DNA from: Octopus vulgaris
Lineage: Eukaryota
Length of the DNA stretch: 64,000 bases
Assembly (NCBI GenBank): GCA_951406725.2
Contig: OX597817.1
Location: 147,436,001-147,500,000, forward strand
Reading direction: 5' to 3'
Below the pieces are notes generated by a model, which did no database searches, had not been told where the DNA came from, and worked only from the letters and a program-made list of their open reading frames with translations. Of this stretch, positions 1 through 12,894 are shown in pieces (positions within the stretch are counted from its first letter, which is position 1; every line of letters begins with the position of its first letter). The position numbers and the translations under genes were made by a program.

Positions 1-87
<87 letters not shown>

Positions 88-93
88 TAGAGA
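1..93. repeat. (AG)n microsatellite
   Basis: Direct dinucleotide repeat at the window start. Confidence 0.98.
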
Positions 94-129
94 GGGAGGT
101 ATATACTGTCATATACGTATGAAAAGTCT

Positions 130-540
130 TGGGTGGGGACATATTCTACGCTTCGATATTAGAGAGAATTTAATTGCCCGAACTGGTAGATACTGTCAAA
201 CTTCCGAATATTCAGCATTCGAAATCACAAGCGAAATCACTCTATTGCACCAGTCTGATATTTAGAAATCTTCAGTTGTTGAATTGCTTACCTAAAGAAA
301 TCAGAAATATAAAAGGGGCCTCTACTGAAATAGTTAAAAAATAAGCCGGATAAAACTCTTGACAACGATACCGGAGCAGCCAACCATTCAAGGATTAACA
401 CAAGGAAGATCAGCTAGGAACTCAATCATAAACCAATTACCAGCATAAAGCGACGACAAAACTGAAAGAAAATAAATGAAAGCGGTGCCCTAGCATGGCC
501 GCAGTTCTACGATTGAAACCATTTGAATAAAGAATAAAAG
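130..540 (+). mobile_element. Decayed 3' end of a CR1-like LINE
   Basis: Residual peptides (..ARTGRYC.., ..PEQPTIQG..) resemble the C-terminus of the 28384-29001 ORF (NARTGRHC..PDELT..). It ends in GCGGTGCCCTAGCATGGCCGCAG..TGAAAC plus an A-rich tail, like the LINE end at 28310-28357. Confidence 0.55.
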
Positions 541-655
541 AAGAGCTAATGTTAGAGAATAACGTTTTGTATTATTGCATGAAGACAGAATCATGGGCAG
601 ACTGACGGCTCGACAGACCAACCGAGAAGTAGAGATGAAAATGTGAATGGTAATA

Positions 656-689
656 GTGGTGGTGGTGGTGATGGTGGTGGTGGTGGTGG

Positions 690-726
<37 letters not shown>

Positions 727-1760
727 TCTGTAGAAGACGGAGGAAGTGGAAGATAAATGGAAGGAAGCAAGATGAAGATGAAAAAGTTGTGAAAGCAAAG
801 TAAAAGCAAAAAAACAGCAGCAAAAGAAGATACGGAAGTGGAAGAGAACATAAAGAAGAAGAAGAAGAAGGAGGAGGAGGAGGAGGAGGAGGAGAAGAAG
901 AAGAGAAGAAGAAGAAGAAGAAGAAGATGATGATGATGATGATGATGAAGAAGAAGAAAAAGACGATGATGATGATGAAGTAGTGAAGGCAAAAAAAACA
1001 GAAGCAAAAGAAGATACGGAAGTGGAAGAGAACATAAAGAAGAAGAAGAAGAAGGAGGAGGAGGAGGAGGAGGAGGAGAAGAAGAAGAGAAGAAGAAGAA
1101 GAAGAAGAAGATGATGATGATGATGATGATGAAGAAGAAGAAAAAGACGATGATGATGATGAAGTAGTGAAGGCAAAAAAAACAGAAGCAAAAGAAGATA
1201 AGGAAGTGTAAGAAGTAGAAGAGGAGGAAGAAGAAGAAGAAGAAGAAGAAGAAGAAGAAGAAGAAGAAGAAGAAGAAAAAGGAGGAGAAGAAGAAGAAGT
1301 AGAAGAAGAAGAAGGAGGAGAAGAAGAAGAAGAAGAAGAAGAGGAAAAAGAAGAAGAAGAAGAAGAAAAAGGAGGAGGAGGAGAAGAAGAGAAGAAGAAG
1401 GAGAAGAAGAATAAAAAGAAAAAGGAGAAGAAGAAGAAGAAGAAGAAGAAGAAGAAAAAGGAGGAGAAGAAGAAGAAGAAAAAGGAGGAGAAGGAGAAGA
1501 AAAAGGAGGTGAAGAAGAAGAAGAAGGAGAGAAGAATAAAAAGAAAAAGGAGAAGGAAAAAAAGGAGAAAGAGAAGAAAGAGAAAAAGTAAAAGGAGAAG
1601 AAGGAGAAGAAAGAGAAGAAGAGGAGGAGAAGAAGAAAGAGGAGAAGAAGAAAAAGAAAGAGAAGAAAAAGAAGGAGAAGGAGAAAAAGAAGAATGAGAA
1701 GAAGGAGAAGGAGAAAGTAAAGAAGAAGATGTTGATGATGATGATGATGATGATGAAGGT
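656..1760. repeat. Compound (GGT)/(GAT)/(GAA)/(GAG) trinucleotide region containing a 184-bp tandem duplication
   Basis: Low-complexity purine-rich triplets. CAAAAGAAGATA recurs at 821, 1005 and 1189. Confidence 0.95.
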
Positions 1761-2009
1761 GATAAAAAAAAGCAGTTAAGAAAAAGGAGAAAGAATAAAA
1801 AGAAAAGTCGAAGAAGAAGGCAGAGGAGAAGTAAAGAAGCCTGGACGGTCAGAAATGAGAAAATGAGGGACGAGGCTGGAGTTTGGAAGGAATGGAAGGC
1901 CAACAAGTATGGAAGGCCTGTAAGGAAAGAAGCGAATAAGCAAGGAAGCAATTGAAGACCTCGTTTCTCTAAGTAGGATCAGATAAACCGATCGATTTGG
2001 AAGGGCGAG

Positions 2010-2797
2010 GTAGTAATAGTAGTAGTAGTAGCAGCAGCAGTAGTGGTAGTAGTAGTAGTGGTGATGGTGGTAGTAGTAGTAGCAGTAGTAGTAGTGGTAA
2101 TAGTAGTGGTGGTGGAGGTGGTGCTGATTGTAGTAGTGGTAGTGGTAGTAGTAGTTGTAGTAGTGGCAGTAGCAGTAGTAGTAGTGGTGATGGTAGTAGT
2201 GGTAGTAGTAGTGGTGGTGGTAGTAGTAGTTGTAGCAGTAGTACTTGTGGTAGTAGTATTTGTAGTGGTAGTGGTGTTGGTGCTGCTGACTGTAGTAGTC
2301 GTAGTGGTAGTAGTAGTAGTGGTCGTGGTAGTACTGGTGGTAGTAGTATTTGTAGTGGTAGTGGTGTTGGTGCTGCTGACTGTAGTAGTGGTAGTAATAG
2401 TAGTAGTAGCGGTGGTAGTAGTAGTCGCAGTGGTAGTAGTTGCAGTAGTGGGAGTAGCAGTGGTAGTTGTTGTGGTAGTAGTAATAGTAATTTTGGTAGT
2501 AGTACTAGTGGTAGTAGTAGCTGAGGAGATGGTAGTAGTAGTAGTAGTTGCGGTGACAGTAGTAGTAGTAGTTATTTTAGTAGCAGTAGTAGTTGCGGTA
2601 ACGGTAGGAGTAGTAGTTATAGTAGTAGTAGTAGTAGGAGGAGGAGGAGAAGAAGAAGTAGAAGAAGAAAAAGGAGGAGAACAAGAAGTGGTAGTAGTAG
2701 TAGTAGTTGCGGTGACTGTAGATATAGTAGTAGTAGCAGTAGTAGTAGTAGTTGCGGTGACGGTAGTAGTAGTTATAGTAGTAGTAGTAGTAGCAGC
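2010..2797. repeat. Degenerate (GTA)/(GTG)n microsatellite
   Basis: Triplet repeats with an internal ~90-bp duplication (about 2240 and 2330). Confidence 0.93.
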
Positions 2798-3078
2798 ATG
2801 GTTGTTAGTTCATTGCGCTGCTCTTAGCGTGCTTGCGAGTGTGTGTGAGTGTCTTTTAGTTCAATAAATTACTTCAAGTTAACTGCTAATAGGTGGCATG
2901 ACAGTCGATCCTTCTTTACTCAGCCAAGACCGATGACAACTTTATAGATTTTAATTTCCCTTTTCCAAGCCGCAGTACAATCGCCATTTTGTATCTCAAC
3001 TACCATCATTCTTCTCTTTGTATTTCTCATGATCATGTCACGCACGCTCCCTTCACTCTCCACGCATTTACTCGCCCG

Positions 3079-3502
3079 TCTTCTTCTTCTTCTTCTTCTT
3101 CTTCTTCTTCTTCTTCTTCTTCTTCTTCGCCTCCGTCTTCTTCTTCTTCTTCTTTCTTTCGTTCTTTTCCTCCTTCTCCTCCTCCATCTTATTCTTCTTT
3201 CTTTCTTTTCCACTTCCTCCTCCTCCTCCCTTTTCTTCTTTCTTTCTTTCTTTCTTTCTTTTCCTAATCCTCCACCGCCTCCTCCCCTCCTCCTCTCCTT
3301 CTCTTCTCCTCCTCTGCCGCCTCCACCGCATCCTCCTCCTTCTTCTGGTTATTCTTTTTCTTTTCTTCTTCCTTTTTCCTACTCCTTCCTTCCTCTGTCT
3401 TCCATTCTACCTTCTTTTTCTTCTTCTTCTTCTTCTTCTTCTTCTTCTTCATCATCACTATTATCATCTTTCTCTACAACCCCATTATTGGCGTCCCCGT
3501 CG

Positions 3503-3542
<40 letters not shown>

Positions 3543-3543
3543 G
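3079..3543. repeat. (TTC)n/(TCC)n/(TCA)n compound microsatellite
   Basis: Direct triplet repeats. Confidence 0.93.
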
Positions 3544-3949
3544 AGGATCTTTTGATTCTTGTTGTTCTCTTTCTTTTTTCTCCCTTTCTTCCCCTTCTCC
3601 TCATCCTCCCTTTCCTCTACTAACGCCTCTGCGTTTTTCCCTCTTCGCTATAGCTTCTACACACCACCACCACCACCACTACAACAAACGTCATTGCCGC
3701 CCTCACCGTTTCCCCCTCACTCCATGTCTCTGTTTCTTCTTCGCCATAATCATTCCACTTTCTATTTTAGCTTCATGGTTTAACATCGTTTTCTTGTGTA
3801 TCCCACCTGTCTTCCGGTACACCATGACCACTACCACCACCACCGCCACCACCACCACCACCACCAAGACCAGCGCCTCCACCACTACCAGTACCTTCAT
3901 CATCATTACCATCATCAGTAACTTCTTCATCCCACTCTTCACTTCATGA

Positions 3950-4270
3950 ATGACATTCAGTGATTCAGTCATTCCTTCGTACACGTTCGTCATTCATTCA
4001 ATCACACTCATATACTTATTCCATTATTTATTATTCACACTCACTCCTTCTCTCATTCACTCACTCACTCACTCACTCCTTCACTCAGTCACTCAGTCAC
4101 TCACTCATTCCTTCACTTACTCACACCTTCACTCAAGCACCCCTTCACTCATTCACACTTATTCCTACACTCCTCACTCACTTCTTCACTGACTCCATCA
4201 CTGACTCCATCACTCGCTCACTCACTCATTCCTTCACTCCTTCACTCATTCACTCACTCCTTCATTCTCT
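3950..4270. repeat. Degenerate (TCAC)n tetranucleotide repeat
   Basis: ACTC/ATTC units. Confidence 0.85.
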
Positions 4271-4583
4271 TTTTGTCCTGTAATTCATTCTCCATTTGCC
4301 CTTTAATCGTTATTCATCTACCTATCATTCCAGCTATCCAAAGGAACTGAATAAGGATCTGCGCATGCGCCAGTGTGCATGTAAAAGTAGCATAAACCCC
4401 ACCTTACACCCCAGTTAAATACCAGAGATTGTTTAGTTAGGCCATTTCGCTACCTGAGCTCGAATCTCACCAACGTCAGCATTGCATTTCCTTCTAACTG
4501 GATCATTTACTACGTACAAAGCACTCAGGAAGCAATCTAAACCACTACAAATTTCCCACTAAATGCATAGCTTTTTTTGTCCC

Positions 4584-4614
<31 letters not shown>

Positions 4615-4833
4615 CAACAAGTATAGTCACAGGGTCGACGTGTAGGCATATCCAAATGGAAAGCACACCGTGTACTCGAGGGCCGAATGTGTTTGTACAT
4701 ATTTCAAAATTTACGTACAACTTGCAAGATGTTGCGACCACCAAACACAAAGCTGTGTCTAGATTTAACAGCGTTAACAACTTTTAATATATCTGATGAA
4801 TCTATAAGCAACTCTGCTATTTTGCAGGGGAAA

Positions 4834-4834
4834 C

Positions 4835-4912
<78 letters not shown>

Positions 4913-4913
4913 A

Positions 4914-4974
<61 letters not shown>

Positions 4975-4975
4975 G

Positions 4976-5032
<57 letters not shown>

Positions 5033-5067
5033 TTATCTATCAATCTATCTATCAATCTAGCTATCTG

Positions 5068-5100
<33 letters not shown>

Positions 5101-5143
5101 TTATCTATCAATCTATCTATCAATCTAGCTATCTGTCTATCTG

Positions 5144-5216
<73 letters not shown>
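4834..5216. repeat. (ATCT)n microsatellite, 5' flank of the Tx1-like LINE
   Basis: About 380 bp of ATCT units ending directly at the LINE 5' truncation point. Confidence 0.97.
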
Positions 5217-5220
5217 TTAA

Positions 5221-6856
5221 CACATCCAGATGATAGGCGAGTCACTAAGAAAATACGAAACGGTGACGGGAGCGAAGATTAACCCGGAAAAGTCAGTGGG
5301 TTTGCTACTCGGCACCTGGAGAAGCAAGCCCATGCCGTCCGACTGCGGCTCAGTAGTGGGACGCTGGACGGACGGACCGGTTAAATTGCTCGGGGTCTGG
5401 TTCAGTCCGGATCTCCAAATGGATAAGAACTAGGACGAGATCACGAGTAGAGTGGTCGCTCTCAGCCAAACATGGGCCGAGAGAAAGCTGTCTCTAAAAG
5501 GTCGGGCGGAGGTGGCGAACGCGCACATCGCATCCGTCATCGATTACCGCCTGACCGTCGTGCCCTGTCCCGACGCCACCATCACCAAACTGCAACGCAT
5601 ACTCTTCCGCTTCCTGTGGAAGGGTGGCGTTCCAATGGTGAGGAGGTACATTTGCTGTCAATATCCGTTGAATGGAGGACTAGGCATGCCGTGGTTGATG
5701 ATGCGCAGGCTTGCGCTGAGACTGCGACATCTCCGGAACTTCATCGATGACGGTGAACAGGTGTGGGCGCCGTTTGTGAGGCGCGCCTTCCCGCAGCTCG
5801 TCTCACTGACCGAACTGCAAACGTAGATCAGGAAGAGACCGAAACTGGGCGATTGGCACCAAGAGTGTCGCCAAGCCCTACAGCAGCGCTGCCGACCGGG
5901 GTCAAACTTGTGCAACTTACAAACGCCTAAAGCGTTCTATAGAGTACTAGTGGAGTGGAGGTCCGACGACACACTCGGGGCAAACCTGGGTGTCGACGAG
6001 AAATTCCTAACCCGCCTGTTCAGGACGACGTTCGGGCCGGGGCCTACGGATAACTTCCAGAAATCCCTGGCTTGGCAATGCTATCGAGACGCACTACCTG
6101 TTCGAGAGAAGAGCTAGAGGCACGGTTCGAAAACCATCACCGGACCGACCTGCCCGAGATGCAGTCAGAGCTACGAAACCGTTCTGCACGCACTCGTGCA
6201 GTGTCCAGATATTACAGAGCTGTGGACCCTCGTCGAACAGCTGTTGTCGCGTGTAGGATGGGCCCGCTTATCGGCCGAGTCTATCGTGAATATTGTTCCA
6301 CCACCTTCCTTTAAACGGGAAGGGAAAACGGTTTTCGTTACGCTGATGGCTATGGCGAAAGAATGTGTGTGGTGGACGCGTTTGAAAGGACTGCAAACAA
6401 ACATCTTCCTCTCTGGTCAGTCTCTCGTCAACTTTTTCAAGTACCACTTGAAAAGGAGGATGAGAATAGAGAGGAAGGCTTTGTCGAACGAATGTTTTAA
6501 TAAAAAGTGGATAAAAGTGGCAAAAATGGTCAGTATGAAAGACAACACTATTTTAAGCGTAAATCTGTGACCAAAAGAGACAACGAGAGGTAAGGCGACT
6601 CATCATGTGTTCATTTTCGAACTGTCTGAGGTGACATTGGTCTTTTTTGTAGGTTTTTCTTTCCAGGGCTACACCTAAACTGTGAACTTTATTTATATAT
6701 ATATATTATATTTTTATACACCACACAACCCACAGATCCCTATTGATCTTTTTCTTTGTGTCCCACCCATCCCACCTCGAAAAGAAAAAAACTCTACATT
6801 GTATTTCGTCCATTTTTATTCTGTGTTTAGCCCTGTGTGGCCACAATAAAAGGTTA
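5221..6856 (+). mobile_element. 5'-truncated L1/Tx1-clade non-LTR retrotransposon (RT C-terminal part, CCHC zinc knuckle, 3' UTR), inactivated
   Basis: Peptides [35 protein letters not shown] and CPRC..ETVLHALVQC are typical of L1/Tx1 ORF2. In-frame stops near 5431 and 5824 and a frameshift near 6110. The 3' UTR ends in AATAAA followed by TATC repeats. Confidence 0.9.
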
Positions 6857-7017
6857 TCTATCTATTTAACTATCTATCCATATATCTATCTGCCTGTCTA
6901 TCTGTCTGTCTGCCTGTCTGTCTGACTGCCTGTCTGCCTGTCTGTCTGACTGACTGTCTGTCTGTCTGTCAGTCCGTCCGTCCGTCCGTCTGTCTATCTA
7001 TTTCATCTATCTACATA

Positions 7018-7193
7018 GACGCAGGCGTGGCTATGTAGTAAGAAGCTTGCCGCCCAACCGCATGGTTCCGGGTTCATTCCCACTGTGTGGCACCTTGCGC
7101 AAGTGTCTTCTACTATGAATTCAGGCTATAGTACCATATCCACTCACAAAGCCTTGTGAGTGGATATGGTAGACGGAGACTGAAAGAAGTCCG

Positions 7194-7278
<85 letters not shown>

Positions 7279-7503
7279 TACACACGCACATATATATGTT
7301 TCAGTGCCTGTGTTTGTCCCCAACCATCGCTTGACAACCGATGCTGGTGTGTTTACGTCCCTGTAACTTAGCGGTTCGGCAAAAGAGAACGATAGAATAA
7401 GTAATATGCTTACAAAGAATAAATCCTGGGCTCGATTCGTTCGACTAATGGTGGTGCTCCAGCATGGTTACAAATGACTGAAACAAGTAAAAGAGTAAAA
7501 GAG
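7018..7503 (+). mobile_element. tRNA-derived SINE family A (CR1-like tail), full length
   Basis: A-box-like TGGCTATGTAG and B-box-like GGTTCATTCC, internal (CA)n, and tail GGTGCTCCAGCATGG..TGACTGAAACAAGTAAAAGAG. Homologous to 27868-28281. Confidence 0.88.
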
Positions 7504-7563
7504 ATAGAAATGACGGTTATAAATAAGTACTTCTTGAGCAAAATGGAAAGAATACCGAAAGTA

Positions 7564-8810
7564 TTGTGTTGTCCGAAAAGTTCGTGTCGATTTTTAAAGG
7601 AAAGAAAAAGGTCAATAAATACTTGCCATTACATTTTTAATCAACCAAATATGGACCATTTTGTTGCACAACGCGTCCCCATCTTTCCCTTAACTTGAAA
7701 ATACCCTCTTCCCAGAATTGAAGTGGTTTCATGGCAAAGAATTCATCAAGGTATCTTTTTACGTCATTCAAGGAATTGAAATTGCTACCATTAAGACTAT
7801 TCTGCAGAGACCTGAATAAGTGGAAATCCGAAGGAGCAATATCTGGTGAATATGGAAGATGGGGTAATGCATCCCAGCCGAGCTGCAGCAATTTTTGTCT
7901 GGTTGCCAAAGAAACGTGCGGTCTTGCATTATCATGTTGGAAAACAAAACCCTTGATTTGGCCAATTCTGGACGTTTATCTTGAATCGCTGCTTTTAACT
8001 CATCCAGTTGTATGCAGAATTTCTCAGAAATAATTGTTTGGTTACTTGGAAGAAGCGCATCGTACAAAATTCCTTTCCAATCCCACCACACACAAAGCAA
8101 TACTTTTTTAGGGTGTAGACCCGCTTTTGGTATGGATAAGGGTGGTTCATGTCGCTTACTCCAGGATCGCTTTCTCTGAAGATTTCAGTAGATAATTTAT
8201 TTCTCATCATCTGTCACAATTTGCTTTAAAAAAGGCGCGTTTTCATTCCGTTTATAAAGCGCATCATAGATGGAAATGCGATCCAAAAGGTTCTTTTCAC
8301 TCAACTCAAGTGGTACCCAAACATCGTAGCGATTTGTGTGCCCAAGCTTTATCAGGTGCTCATGAACGACAGATTTTTATAGGGTGAGGCTTTCTGCCAA
8401 ATCTCGGGTTGTGCAATGTGGGTTATTCTCAATTAATAACATGATTTGGTCATCATCTGTAGAGAATGGTCTACTTGATCGCTCATTATCAATAAGGCTA
8501 CAATCTCCAGCTCGGAACCTTGCGAACCACTTCCGTACATTTCTTTCGGAAAAAGAATTATCACCGTAAACTGCGCATATTTCTTTGGTTGCTTCTGAGG
8601 CAATTTTCCCTTTACGGAAAAAGAGAAGCATCAAGTGCCGAAAATGAACTTCCATTTTAAGGGGTTACATAATTAATACGGGTTAAGATAGCTTAAATTG
8701 TGCTCTAAATGGAGGTGTAGTCAAATCCTCTTTTATGGACTCAACCATGTTCTAAAATAAGTCGATAGGTAAGCTGCTATAAATTGGCACGAACTTTCCA
8801 GACAACCCAA
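7564..8810 (-). mobile_element. Near full-length mariner (DD34D) DNA transposon with disrupted transposase
   Basis: About 30-bp TIRs (TTGTGTTGTCCGAAAAGTTCGTGTCGATTT and AAATTGGCACGAACTTTCCAGACAACCCAA), each flanked by TA (7562-7563, 8811-8812). Length about 1.25 kb. Confidence 0.95.
7637..8655 (-). pseudogene. Mariner transposase pseudogene
   Basis: N-terminal HTH (VRKWFARFRAGD..L.D..RS.RP), IVTDDEK*, LCVWWDWKG, HDNARPH and HLPYSPDIAPSDFHLF, split across frames by stops and frameshifts. Confidence 0.93.
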
Positions 8811-9931
8811 TACTTAAAGTTGATATATTAACAGGAATGAGATTTAAATCTGTGCCATATTTTGAGACATTACTGAATTCATTGAATTATGTTCAACCAG
8901 CTAATTATAGAATTTAGTTCATTTTTTTTAGGAAAAATGGATTTAGGGCGTGATTTTTATCAAAAATTTCAAAATGATGTAAAATAATATTATTAAAGTA
9001 ATTTAAAAATAAATAATTAATTAATAATTCAGACTCGGTGGCGCATGGATAAGTTTCCGTAGGCTTCATTGAGAGTTTATGTGCGTGTGAATACATCTGT
9101 AATTGAGATGGTGAAGGTGTGTGCGGAGTATATTTGGCGGTAGAATTACAGCAGGTCATACATAATTGTTCCTCTCACCAAATTAGCCTTCATTCCTGTT
9201 TGTTTTTACATATTTTTGACAAATCTTTTAATGGTTTCATTAATCATGATTTTAAATTACATTAATATTAATTAGCATTTTAAAATACTTCTACGATTTA
9301 AAAAAAATTATTTTATTTAAAATCATACAGGAATATTTGAGATAATGAGGCTCACAACCTTTCGTTACTTTTAAAAATATGGACTAACATTCAACTAATA
9401 TTGAGCAGAGATCAATTTACTACTGGAAACAACCTACAGATTAATTTGCAAAACAGAACACATTTATTAGTATCTTAAGTATAAAAATCACGTAAAGCTG
9501 TTCTTTGATTCATTACAAATTATTATTGAGTTATAATGCTGTTGTCCCGATCATGATGCTAAACTCCATCCGCTGGTGAGGCTCCATTTCGGGAGATCAA
9601 GATTCGGGAGGGGAGTGGAGTCACCCTTTAATTATCATTACTCCAAGCGTTCTGACTCGGAACGGTAGTATTTGTCAGATTCCCATGTATGAGTGAAATA
9701 AGTTTTTGCAAAGGTAGACTGAGATACTTATTGGTGTTCAAAGCAATCAATCTAGGAGAAAGAAAACTCCAATCAATCTAAGTGAAAGAAAACTCAAAAA
9801 TTAACTTCTTCCAAAATGCCCTAAACCAGCACATAAGAGCTGGGCTGATGAAATTAAAATGAGGTATATCCAGTGGCTTAGATTCATACTATACAGGCGA
9901 CTATCCTGTGTTAATGCACATTCGCCACACG

Positions 9932-10055
9932 CAGCAAAAGAGACCGATAAAATGAGTACAAGGCTTACAAAGAATAAGTCCCGGGGTCGATTTGTTCGAC
10001 TAAATGTGGTGCTCCAGTATGACCGCAGTCAAATGCCTGCAACAAGTAAAAGAGA
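9932..10055 (+). mobile_element. SINE family A 3' fragment
   Basis: GCAAAAGAGACCGATA..AAGTCCCGGGGTCGATTTG..GGTGCTCCAG..AACAAGTAAAAGAG. Confidence 0.8.
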
Positions 10056-10108
10056 TACATACCTATTGCTGTCCTCTGGAAGTTTATAAAATATTAAATG
10101 AAGGTTAT

Positions 10109-10253
10109 GTAGGAGTGGCTGTGTGGCAAGTAGCTTGCTTACTAAGCACATGATTCTGTGTTCCGTCCCACTGCGTGGCACCTTGGGCAAGCGTCTTGTA
10201 CTTATAGCCTCGGGCCGACCAAAGTCTTGTGAGTGGATTTGGTAGACGAAAAC
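10109..10253 (+). mobile_element. SINE family A 5' fragment
   Basis: AGGAGTGGCTGTGTGG..CCCACTGCGTGGCACCTTGGGCAAG..GTGAGTGGATTTGGTAGACG. Confidence 0.82.
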
Positions 10254-10821
10254 CTGCAACAACGTATTAAAAATAAAGAAATATGCTTCATCACAGGTAA
10301 ATTTGGCAAAATGTCTGTAAACATTTTACAAAGTTTTGTTCCTACAGACTAGCCAGCACACCTTCCAGAACCAGCATCTCCAACAATCATAGGCTGCTAT
10401 GTTTTCTCTCAAAATAGAGGTATCTCGAAATATCTGCAACGTTGCTGAAAACCTCCTCCACCGAATCGGTGATTGCAACCACTCAGATGACCTCAGAGAT
10501 TATATTCTAGGTAGCACGGATGTAATGTAATTATATCCATCGATTGATATTGATTTTAGCAAAGAAAAGTGTGTGGAGATAATTTGTGTCAGTGATATAG
10601 TGTTTCACAATGTCAATACCAATGTATTAGGATTTCTGATAAAACTTATATGTATGTGATACTTGAACAAAACTGAACCTGAAAAAGTTTGGCTACACCA
10701 GGCACGGGCAAGTTAGACCATCAGCTATTATTTCGGCTGTAAAAACAGCTGAACTAAGCCATTCAAACTTCAAGGGACTGTGATGAAATAGGATGACACA
10801 CACTGTTGGTTCTAGCATATA

Positions 10822-11178
10822 CTATCAGTATCGCCCGGCGTTGCTCGGGTTTGTTTCATTTCGACCCTTTAGAATTGGAATTTTTGAAAAGTAAACATTT
10901 TTCTGGTTGAAATACACCGAAAAATGGCGACACAGCAGTCAAAAAATCGTAATAAATAGGGATTTTCATAGAAAAAAGCACCTTTTTGATGTAAATAATT
11001 TTTGGTGTTAACCTGGTTCGATTTGAATGTTTTCTTCTACGGAAGGAAGAGCAAGCCTTCTTCTATCATACTCTCAATTTTGGTTAACTTATGCCGCAGG
11101 GTCTCGGAGGAGATAGTGTTAGTTGAAGGCTACCAAATCTGCCACAGACAGACAACTTCAGCTTTATATATATATAGA
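10822..11178 (-). mobile_element. Non-autonomous Helitron-like element
   Basis: On the minus strand it starts A|TCTATATATATATAAAGCTG and ends with the hairpin CCCGAGCAACGCCGGG followed by ..ATAG|T (degenerate CTAG). The A/T insertion site and TC...hairpin-CTRR termini are Helitron hallmarks. Confidence 0.65.
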
Positions 11179-11519
11179 TATGTCAATAATAAGGCCACAT
11201 ATTCCAAATGTAGCCATCGGAGTTGGCTGTGATGGAGACGTAATCTAACACTTCATGCTATGTTGAGACAAGCAACTGAAATGGGACCCACTAGAGAATC
11301 TTATACATTTAGTAATGCATTCTCGTTATATTGACGACACAAACATTGTGCATAAAACAGAAAACAAGAAAACACAATGGAGAAAGATCCAGCACATAAA
11401 TTCCATCTACCGATGTATTGAGGGGAATAGGATTACCCATCGAAACATCCCAACAGAAGACTTTCAGTTCTAGATACGGAATTATGGCTAGCCATTATAA
11501 GTGGCAAGATACAAGGCTA

Positions 11520-11996
11520 GCTGGAAACGGCGGCGAGCTGGAAACGGCGGCGAGCTGGAAAAGGCGACGAGCTGGGAAAGGCGGCGAGCTGGTAGAAACG
11601 TTGGCTCGCCGGGCGAAATACTTCTTGGTATTTCGTCTGCTGCTACGTTCTGAGTTCAAATTCCGCCGAGGTGGACTTTGCCTTTCATCCTTTCGGGGTC
11701 GATTAAATAAGTACCAGTTACGCACTGGGGTCGATATAATCGACTTAATCCGTTTGTCTGTCCTTGTTTGTCCTCTCTTTGTTTAGCCCCTTGTGGGTAG
11801 TAAAGAAATAGTTATTTCGTCTGCCATTATGTTCTGAGTTCAAATTCCGCCGAGGTCGACTTTACCTTTGATCCTTTCTGATTCGATTAAATAAGTACCA
11901 GTTACGCACTGAGGTCGATATAATCGACTTAATCTGTTTGTCTGTCCTTGTTTGTCCCCTCTATGTTTAGCCCCTTGTGGGAAATAAAAAAATAAG
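11520..11996 (+). mobile_element. tRNA-derived SINE family B (Nin-like core, Tx1-like tail) with duplicated body and tandem head repeats
   Basis: GGCGGCGAGCTGG head, B box GAGTTCAAATTCC, core GTCGACTTTGCCTTTCATCCTTTCGGGGTCGAT..AAGTACCAG resembling the Nin/Deu SINE domain. Flanking direct repeat AAGATACAA at 11506 and 11994. Confidence 0.88.
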
Positions 11997-12529
11997 ATAC
12001 AACTTCTCCACTCGCACTATATGAAGCCTGTGGTCCAAAAGCCATAGGCTTTATATAAAGCTAAAGAACACTGAAATTTCAATAAATGCTAATATTTATT
12101 TAAGATGATGAGAAATGTAACATGTCTGAACATGCCTTCGGACCTCAGAAACCAGGTACAGGTTTTCAAACTCCACATGTGATATCGAACCACTGCTGCA
12201 AATATTTTGACCTGCTACGTGTCAAAGTAAATTCTTGAACAGTTTGAAAGAAAAACATTAAACAAGAAACGCACATTGTATGACAACAACCAATTCCAAA
12301 GTATGATGTTTATCGATGTTACATCCTACTATGAACTAGTCCACAACGTTAGAAATACGGTACAGAGGAGGAGAATAAAAAAGTAAGAAACACGCACATC
12401 AATCAGGTCATTATTAATACGTCAAATATAGTTAAAAAACAAACACTGCTATGACAACTTCAAACTGTTCATGTATGTAAACACTTATAACTGGTTTCTG
12501 GTAAGATATGAGGTTATTAATTTGGGGTT

Positions 12530-12700
12530 GCAGAGGGGTCAGTGGATACCGTCTACCCTAGAGCTTCAGAGGCACTTTATCTTATCGGTCCCTGAATGAT
12601 GTAAAGCAAAGTTGACCTCAGCTCTTTTTGAACTCAGAACGTAGAGTTCGAGCTAATTCTGAAAAACGGTTGCACGATTCTCTAACAATTCCACCAGCCC
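12530..12700 (-). mobile_element. Decayed SINE family B
   Basis: AAAGCAAAGTTGACCTC..TTTGAACTCAGAACGTA is the reverse complement of the family B core and B box. Confidence 0.55.
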
Positions 12701-12894
12701 TGCATCTTGAAATAACACTTATAAAGAAAGAAGGAGATGCATAAATGAAAATTCCAAAGAATCTTCTTGACTTTTCTCATAAAAGACATACCTACATCAG
12801 CAAAAGGGGTGATTTTTCCGGTTTTACCTTTCTGCAAGAGGTTTCTATGTAAAACACGACCCTGGGTGACTTTTCCTTCCTGCACAATAACATA

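Noticed and set aside
490-3544. Long ORFs (233, 459, 274, 175 and 171 aa) rich in poly-S/L/F/V/R
   Set aside because: They are translations of stop-free trinucleotide microsatellites, open in several frames on both strands, with no domain content.
4360-4371. TGCGCATGCGC NRF1/Ewg-like motif
   Set aside because: Isolated short motif with no promoter context.
4687-5220. YLSI-, YI-, HT- and CV-repeat ORFs here and throughout the window
   Set aside because: Artefacts of (ATCT)n, (TA)n, (CA)n and (TACA)n repeats.
10260-10800. Possible Penelope GIY-YIG coding remnant
   Set aside because: Too decayed to read a convincing motif.
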